A stretch of 64,000 nucleotides of DNA from Octopus vulgaris (taxonomy: Eukaryota): positions 52,762,001 through 52,826,000 of the forward strand of contig OX597824.1 in assembly GCA_951406725.2 (NCBI GenBank). The letters run 5' to 3'. The position numbers were made by a program, and so were the translations under genes. Under the pieces are notes generated by a model. The model was not told the DNA's origin. It did not search any database and saw nothing but the letters and a program-made list of their open reading frames with translations. Below are positions 56,626 through 64,000 of the stretch, piece by piece. Each line of letters opens with the position of its first letter. Position 1 is the stretch's first letter.

Positions 56626-57270
56626 ACATACATTTCATGTTCATAATGCAAACTATATGCGACAGATCTGTCCCTGAGCACAAGGCCAACATACACAAAA
56701 ACAAGATCCCTAGGGAGAGGAAAATTCTTATGAGACGACGGTCAAAGATTGTGAACTGCCTGATGAAACACCTCAATAGTAACTACTAACCGAACAGTTC
56801 CAAAGTGACTTCACTACCCCTCTGGGACACTGGCAAGTGAACAAACCGGCAGAAGGTTTTGCCACTTTACTTGTGACCAAAGAGGCGGCGAAAATCGATA
56901 CTAAAGAAGATGTAACACGAGCAAACGGCTAGTTGGATGGATCCTCCGAACTTTCAGAATGAGAGAAACAGAAACTATGCTGGTCCTTTAGAGGCCATAT
57001 GTCCTCAGCCGCTTGGACTACTGCTCCCAACTATGCTAACGACACAGTATAAAACAACCAGCGGAACTCGAAGCAATCCAACGAAGCCACACAAAGAAAA
57101 TCGTCTCAACGCAACGTATTAGCTACTGGAAAAGGTGGAAAGAGTTAAGACTCTTCTCCCTAGAATGAAAGCGGGAAAGATATGCAGCAACATACATCTG
57201 GAAAATCTTGGATGGCCTTATACCAAATTTTGGTATTGAGAGTTATACAAATAGCAAAACGGGCCTGTGT
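56626..57270 (+). mobile_element. Multiply deleted copy of the CR1 family at 17151-20633
   Basis: Three blocks match about 18480-18620, 18865-18975 and 19968-20290. Confidence 0.8.
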
Positions 57271-57646
57271 AACAACTAATGTTCCCTGATGGCACCCCAA
57301 TTTTCCAGGCCGATAACGCGCAGATTCACACGGCAAATGTTATTTAATATTAGAGCGTAGAACCCAAATCTGAGGTTTTGGCCCTACCGAATATAAATAA
57401 AATCAAACATTTATAGTATATTTCGAAGCAACAAATAAGAAGTTGCTTCCCTCCGCAATCGTCTCTGAAAGATTTGAAGCAGGTTTTGCTTGAATCATGG
57501 CCGAAAATTTCGATAACAACCGTTCAGAAGAGGTAGGACGGAATTCGTCGAAATATTAAAGCTTTAGTTGGTGCCTAAGTTGAACCAATTTCGTATTAAA
57601 TAAGAAAGATTCGATTTAGCAAGCGGTTTCCATTATTATGTCCAAT

Positions 57647-57650
<4 letters not shown>
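57270..57650 (+). mobile_element. Tc1-like transposase 3' relic with right TIR
   Basis: FPDGTPIFQADNAQIHTA, IRSCFPPQSSLKDLKQVLLESW; ends gtttccattattatgtccaatccct next to TA. Confidence 0.75.
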
Positions 57651-57702
<52 letters not shown>

Positions 57703-59517
57703 ATATGTAAGTATGTATGTATGTGAGGAGGTGTGTGTGTGTGCCTATTATGTTTTATCTGTTAATTATGTAACTATAAGCTTCAGATGTTTAATGTATT
57801 TTGAAATAATTGGCTTGTAGTAATGTATTTTGGATATGATATGATATTTTGGCATATGTAATGTCTTTTGAAATAATTTGGTTGTGATAATCTGCTCTTT
57901 AATGTATTTTATTGTATTTTGAAATGATTTAACTGTAATAATATACTTTAGAATTAATTAACTGTAATGTAAAAGGGAAAATGCTCTTCTTTTTATTACA
58001 ATTTTACAATATTTCCCTCCTTATTTCCATATTTTAAACATTTTCTCTATTATCACACGAATGAAAGAAAATGTCGCCCAAAGCAGACAAAACTTAAAAA
58101 GCTACGAACAGTGGTTTTTCATTTGAACTGAAGGAAGTAGGTACCAAATAATCGATGTTAGCAGAAAAAGTTGATAATCTACATTGCTTTGCAAGAGACG
58201 TTAATAAAGATGGTAAAAGATTAGATTCCTAGTATTTATTCCTACATTAACTGAGTCAGATATAGAAACAATTTGTATAACTCTAGAATGTGTAATTATT
58301 AATCAACAAAACACACAAACAGCCCACCTAAGAGACATTCCTCGGTCAACAATCTTGATTAAAAGCCGCATTGGCCACATCTGAAACAAAGACCTTCATG
58401 CACGTAAATTTATGTTTTGAGATGAGATTAAGAACACCAATAAAGATGATAGATGTATCAGAAAGATAGATGAATAGATAGATGAATCAACGCCAATAAT
58501 TCTACCAAGAAAATTCCAAGTCAAACTAGTAAACTAGAATATCAGAACAACAATGACAATTCCGAGAAAAGATATTTTTAGATAACTTTAGAGTGGATGA
58601 AGAATTATGATTAAGAAAAATATATGACAATTGTTGAATAAATATATATAGAATTATCTAAAACAAAAAGTGAAAGGAACATTTGAAAACATTTATAAAC
58701 TATAGAAAGAAAAATGTGAAAATGAGGAAGTTATTTCTCTCCAACGATGGGAGAAAAGTCACAAAGAATTTCTTAAAGAATATTTTTCGAAAAATCTTTT
58801 CATTAAAAACAAGACAAATAAATTAAAATTAAGTTAGACAGAAGCCGTGTAAAACAAACGCAAAGTAAATCAAGCGTTAAAAATTCAGAATAGAACGATC
58901 GTTGAATACTGAATCTAATAGAAAGCGATCTGAGTACGAATTTAACGGAAACAAATCACGATACAGAGTTGCATGTAACTCAACGAATAAAACACCGACT
59001 ATTGTCTAGAGGAGAAACATATACTACTAGGTCTAGTAAGGTTTTACAATATGGAAAATACAATTGCAGAAGAAACACATTAGAAAATTATTATGAAAGA
59101 AAACATGTCAAAAATATATACAGAAAAAGCAAATTTCGTAAATAATTACGACAGGCAAAATAATTCTGTTGATTATGACAGTGAATATAGAAATAGAACA
59201 ATCTACCTAACCGAAACTGAAGAAAGAAGGAATAGTTTTTAGGTCGGACAGAAATCGAAGTACGAGACAAATGAGTTTTAAACTTATCCATTAAAATTTT
59301 GACAAAACAAATAAACACACTACCTAAAAGAGTTACATGTGTGTGTGTGTGTGTGTGTGTACGCGTATGTGTGAGTGTGTGTGTCGTGTGGATAATGTAA
59401 GTGCTGGATGCGCGGCAAAATTACCATATTAGTCAGAGCTCTTAATACTTTTTACGTTAAGCTCCTTTGTTGCATGACACGGTAGCATTCTATGCGACCA
59501 GTGCTCTATATTTTAGG

Positions 59518-59912
<395 letters not shown>

Positions 59913-60264
59913 TACATATTAGAGGGAAACCACTATGTGGACACCCTTATGCTTGAAATATATCCGCTATGGTCTTACCACAAAGAAATGTTCTCAAGAA
60001 AAATTTAGCAAAACAACCAAAACGTAATCGAGCAAGACAAAAGAAAAAGTAAAAAAATTATGGATTATTCGCATACACTATTAACACATTACGTAATTTT
60101 ACTTACGTAAAATTTTTAGGAATTTTTTAAAATGTTATAATTTTCTAATTTTTAAAATCTTTTAAATTTTGTAAAAAATATATTAGTATGTTATATATAT
60201 ATATATATATATATTTATTTTTATTCGTATTTTAATGAAGACATCTTAGAATTAAGTTGAATCC

Positions 60265-60320
<56 letters not shown>

Positions 60321-60334
60321 TAATAATAGGAAAA

Positions 60335-60415
60335 TAGCCTGAGGATGCATTTGTGGATTTATGTATTAGGTATAGACTGGTAAAACAAACCACCAGAGCT
60401 GAAACACGTGTAGCG
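60335..60415 (+). ncRNA. Probable hammerhead ribozyme with a long, imperfect stem II
   Basis: gc-CTGAGGA(60339)...gtgg...ccac...GAAAC(60401)-acgt-GTA-gc. Confidence 0.55.
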
Positions 60416-60694
60416 TTGACTAATATTATCTTATTTCCCCATAGACTAATAAAAGGTAAGGTATATATATATATTTTTAAACATGTTTAAATAATTTATA
60501 ATTAATTCTAAAGTACTTTATTCTTATTGTATATAATAGTAGGATTTAAAATGCTTATATTATTAGATTAGTATTTTGGATATAATTTTCTATGTTGTAC
60601 TCCAGTAAATAAGGTTATCCTGAAATTGAAGTTATGGTCCTATTGGTAAAATCTCAAATTTTTAATAATAATAATATATATACAGACACACACA

Positions 60695-60815
<121 letters not shown>

Positions 60816-60847
60816 GTATGTGTATATATATGGAGTCATTTTCATAG

Positions 60848-60945
60848 CATTTTTTTCCGATGGCCGGATAACTGAAGAGATGGTGGCGTGGATTTCAAAC
60901 CCGGAATCCGAAACTCGGAGTTTTATCATGGCTACCGAAAAAATG
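60848..60945 (+). ncRNA. Probable hammerhead ribozyme with an extended stem I
   Basis: gataa-CTGAAGA(60872)...ggattt/gaatcc-GAAAC-tcgga-GTT-ttatc; stem I continues tggcc/ggcta and catttttt/aaaaaatg. Confidence 0.6.
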
Positions 60946-61206
60946 TCACATATTACAGTTATATATATATATATATATATATCGAGAGAGAGAGAGAGAA
61001 ATAGAGAGATAGAGAAAGAGAGATCTTAATAATAAATTTACACGAATGATTAAAAGGGACTTGGAAGTTTCAGCCTGTTAGCTTTCCTTAAATAGTCTAT
61101 CATAGAGTATTAGGCAAAATTTCGAAGTCACTGTCATCTCATAATAAATATGTATTTTTCAAACGGTATGATGGCATATTGTTATTATCATAACTGGACA
61201 TGAAAT

Positions 61207-61261
<55 letters not shown>

Positions 61262-61280
61262 TCACACACACACATATATA

Positions 61281-61989
<709 letters not shown>

Positions 61990-62945
61990 TAAGAAAGTTG
62001 GTTTGTGAAAGCACGTGGTTGAATATATAGAAAATAGTAAAAAGTGAAAAACTACAGAAGGCTTAAAGGTTAAAAATATATATATATTTGCGTCAATATG
62101 TCTGAAGAATATTAAAAAATTTTTTCTTACAATGACATAGTTTAGAAGAAAGACCGGTTTCGCGTTTAGCTTTTCAAATTTCTTGCGACGTTATGTTTAT
62201 CTTGAACAGAGTTATCTTTATGTTTATGTTTAAAAGAGTTCTAAATAAGGGGAGGTAATGAGTGATTTCTTCCGGTGTAAGGGAAATAATCGCTTAAAAA
62301 TTAAAAAAATTTTTTTCCTTTCCCTTGGTGTGAATTTCTCTGTATCAGTATGTTGGCATGGTTAAGTCTGGGCTTGTACTTTTCAATGAAGAATGTTTCC
62401 TTGTTTAGTCTAATTTGTGTTGATGATCCGATAGCACATTGGTAAAATGGAAAGATTAAAAATTGTGGTAGTAGTTGCATTGCGCATTTCTCAATGTGCT
62501 CACTAAAAGGTATCATTCTGTATTCTGGGAATGCAATCTGTTGTCGATGCAGTGTGCATGTACGTCTGAGTGAAAGTCCCGTGGATCCCACGTAGTCTTG
62601 GTGGCAGCCCGAGCATTTTATGACATAAATTATGTTTTCAGAGGCACAAGTAAAGTTAGACTTGATCTTGAATTTCTGTCCCTCTTTAAAGAGGAATTCT
62701 GATCCTTCTAGCAGGTTTGGACATGTTGCACAGTTCGATCTACCACATTTTTTTACTTTTGCATCCGTAATTTCAGAAAACAATTTTGCCTTTGTGAGAA
62801 TCTTTTTAAGTGATTTAGGTTGTTTGTAGCTTTTAATGATTTGGTGTGTTTAGAATTTCCTTTAATTTGGGGTCCTTATGAAGTATTGGTAAATTCTGGG
62901 TGATGATGGTGAAGGCTTCTTTGTTTCTGGGGTTGTATGTAGATA
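61990..62945 (-). mobile_element. Penelope-like element: GIY-YIG endonuclease and pLTR, inverted segment
   Basis: ORF 62301-62783: CGRSNCATC...FTCASENIIYVIKCSGCHQDYVGST...KETFFIEKYKPRLN. Confidence 0.9.
62146..62184 (-). ncRNA. Variant hammerhead ribozyme (U3-A8 core)
   Basis: aagaaa-t-TTGAAAA-gc-taaac-gc-GAAA-ccgg-TC-tttctt. Confidence 0.7.
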
Positions 62946-64000
62946 TCTTCAATACTGAAGATGAATCACTAGTCAAGAACAAAAGTGAACACATCCCACA
63001 CAGAGGAAGAAATAAATATCTTGACGAATTCTATAACCACATTGAGAACTTTCCCTACCATACTATACATAAAGAGAAAGTTAACTCAAATTTTAACACT
63101 ACACAATGGAAGGAACTGATAGAACTTCAAAATGATGAGGATATAACCATTAAGGAAGCAGACAAGGGAAATGCAGTTGTAATAATGGATACATCATACT
63201 ATAGAAATCTTGTAATTTCCTTGCTTGATGACGACCTACATTATGAAAAAATTACCAACTACACCCCACAAAAAAATAATGAAAACTCTATCTTCACTAA
63301 TTAAAACCCACGAAAAGGAACTAACAACCAAAGAGATTGGCTTTCTAACAAACTTTAAATGCAAACCTAGCCTTTTCTATGGTCTGCCAAAAATCCATAA
63401 AAGCCAAATTATAAATGAAACCATTAAAAAATCACTAAAGACATACATACACACACCTAACCCGGGGGACCTAAAACTACGACCCATTGTAGCTGGCCCA
63501 ACCTGTGAAAAACACAGACTAAGTCTATTTATGGACATCCTCCTGAAACCCTTCCTTAAACATATCGATAGCCATATCAGAGATGACTTAGATATGTTAA
63601 ACCACCTCCCAAAAAAAGCCAAGGAAGAAACAATCCTGATTTCATTTGATGTAGTTAACCTGTATACCAGTATACCTCATAATTATGGACTAGAGGCAAT
63701 ACAGTTCTGGCAGGACCAATTTCCGGAAGAAATACCAAAAAGGATCAGTAAAGAATTCATTACTAAATCAATTGAATTCATCCTACATAATAACCACTTC
63801 ATGTTTGACAATACATTTTACCATCAAAAATCCGGAATTGCTATGGGTACAAGGGCAGCACCAGTCATTGCGAACCTAACAATGGGCGACATGGAAATAA
63901 TCATTTACCAGGAATCTTTATCAATATTTGGAAACCCCCTTTCTCAATACATAAAAGAGAATTGGAAACGAATCTTAGACGATTGTTTTATACTCTGGAA
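62945..64000 (+). mobile_element. Penelope-like element reverse transcriptase (one frameshift near 63270; runs off the window)
   Basis: IKEADKGNAVVIMD, FYGLPKIHK, LRPIVAG, SFDVVNLYTSIP, QKSGIAMGT, WKRILDDCF. Confidence 0.92.

Overview
Repeat-saturated, AT-rich eukaryotic DNA. The SINE families and microsatellite load look cephalopod (Octopus-like); this is inferred, not proven. I could not support any intact host protein-coding gene, and most ORFs in the track are translated microsatellites. The window is a nested patchwork of mobile elements: two R4/Dong-type RLE LINEs, a near full-length CR1-type LINE, RTE and Tx1/L1 fragments, three Penelope-like elements (PLEs), a decayed Gypsy element with one LTR, mariner/Tc1 relics, two Helitron ends and three tRNA-type SINE families. 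The strongest unexplained signal is a dense set of about 10 hammerhead-ribozyme (HHR) motifs. Some use variant cores (UUGAAAA, CCGAAGA), and several sit as inverted pairs in non-coding fold-back elements embedded in (TA)n. Other notable items are a 477-bp near-perfect palindrome, two SINE/LINE pairs with shared 3' tails, a circularly permuted RTE fragment and a two-way Helitron terminus. All boundaries were read by eye and are approximate unless stated.
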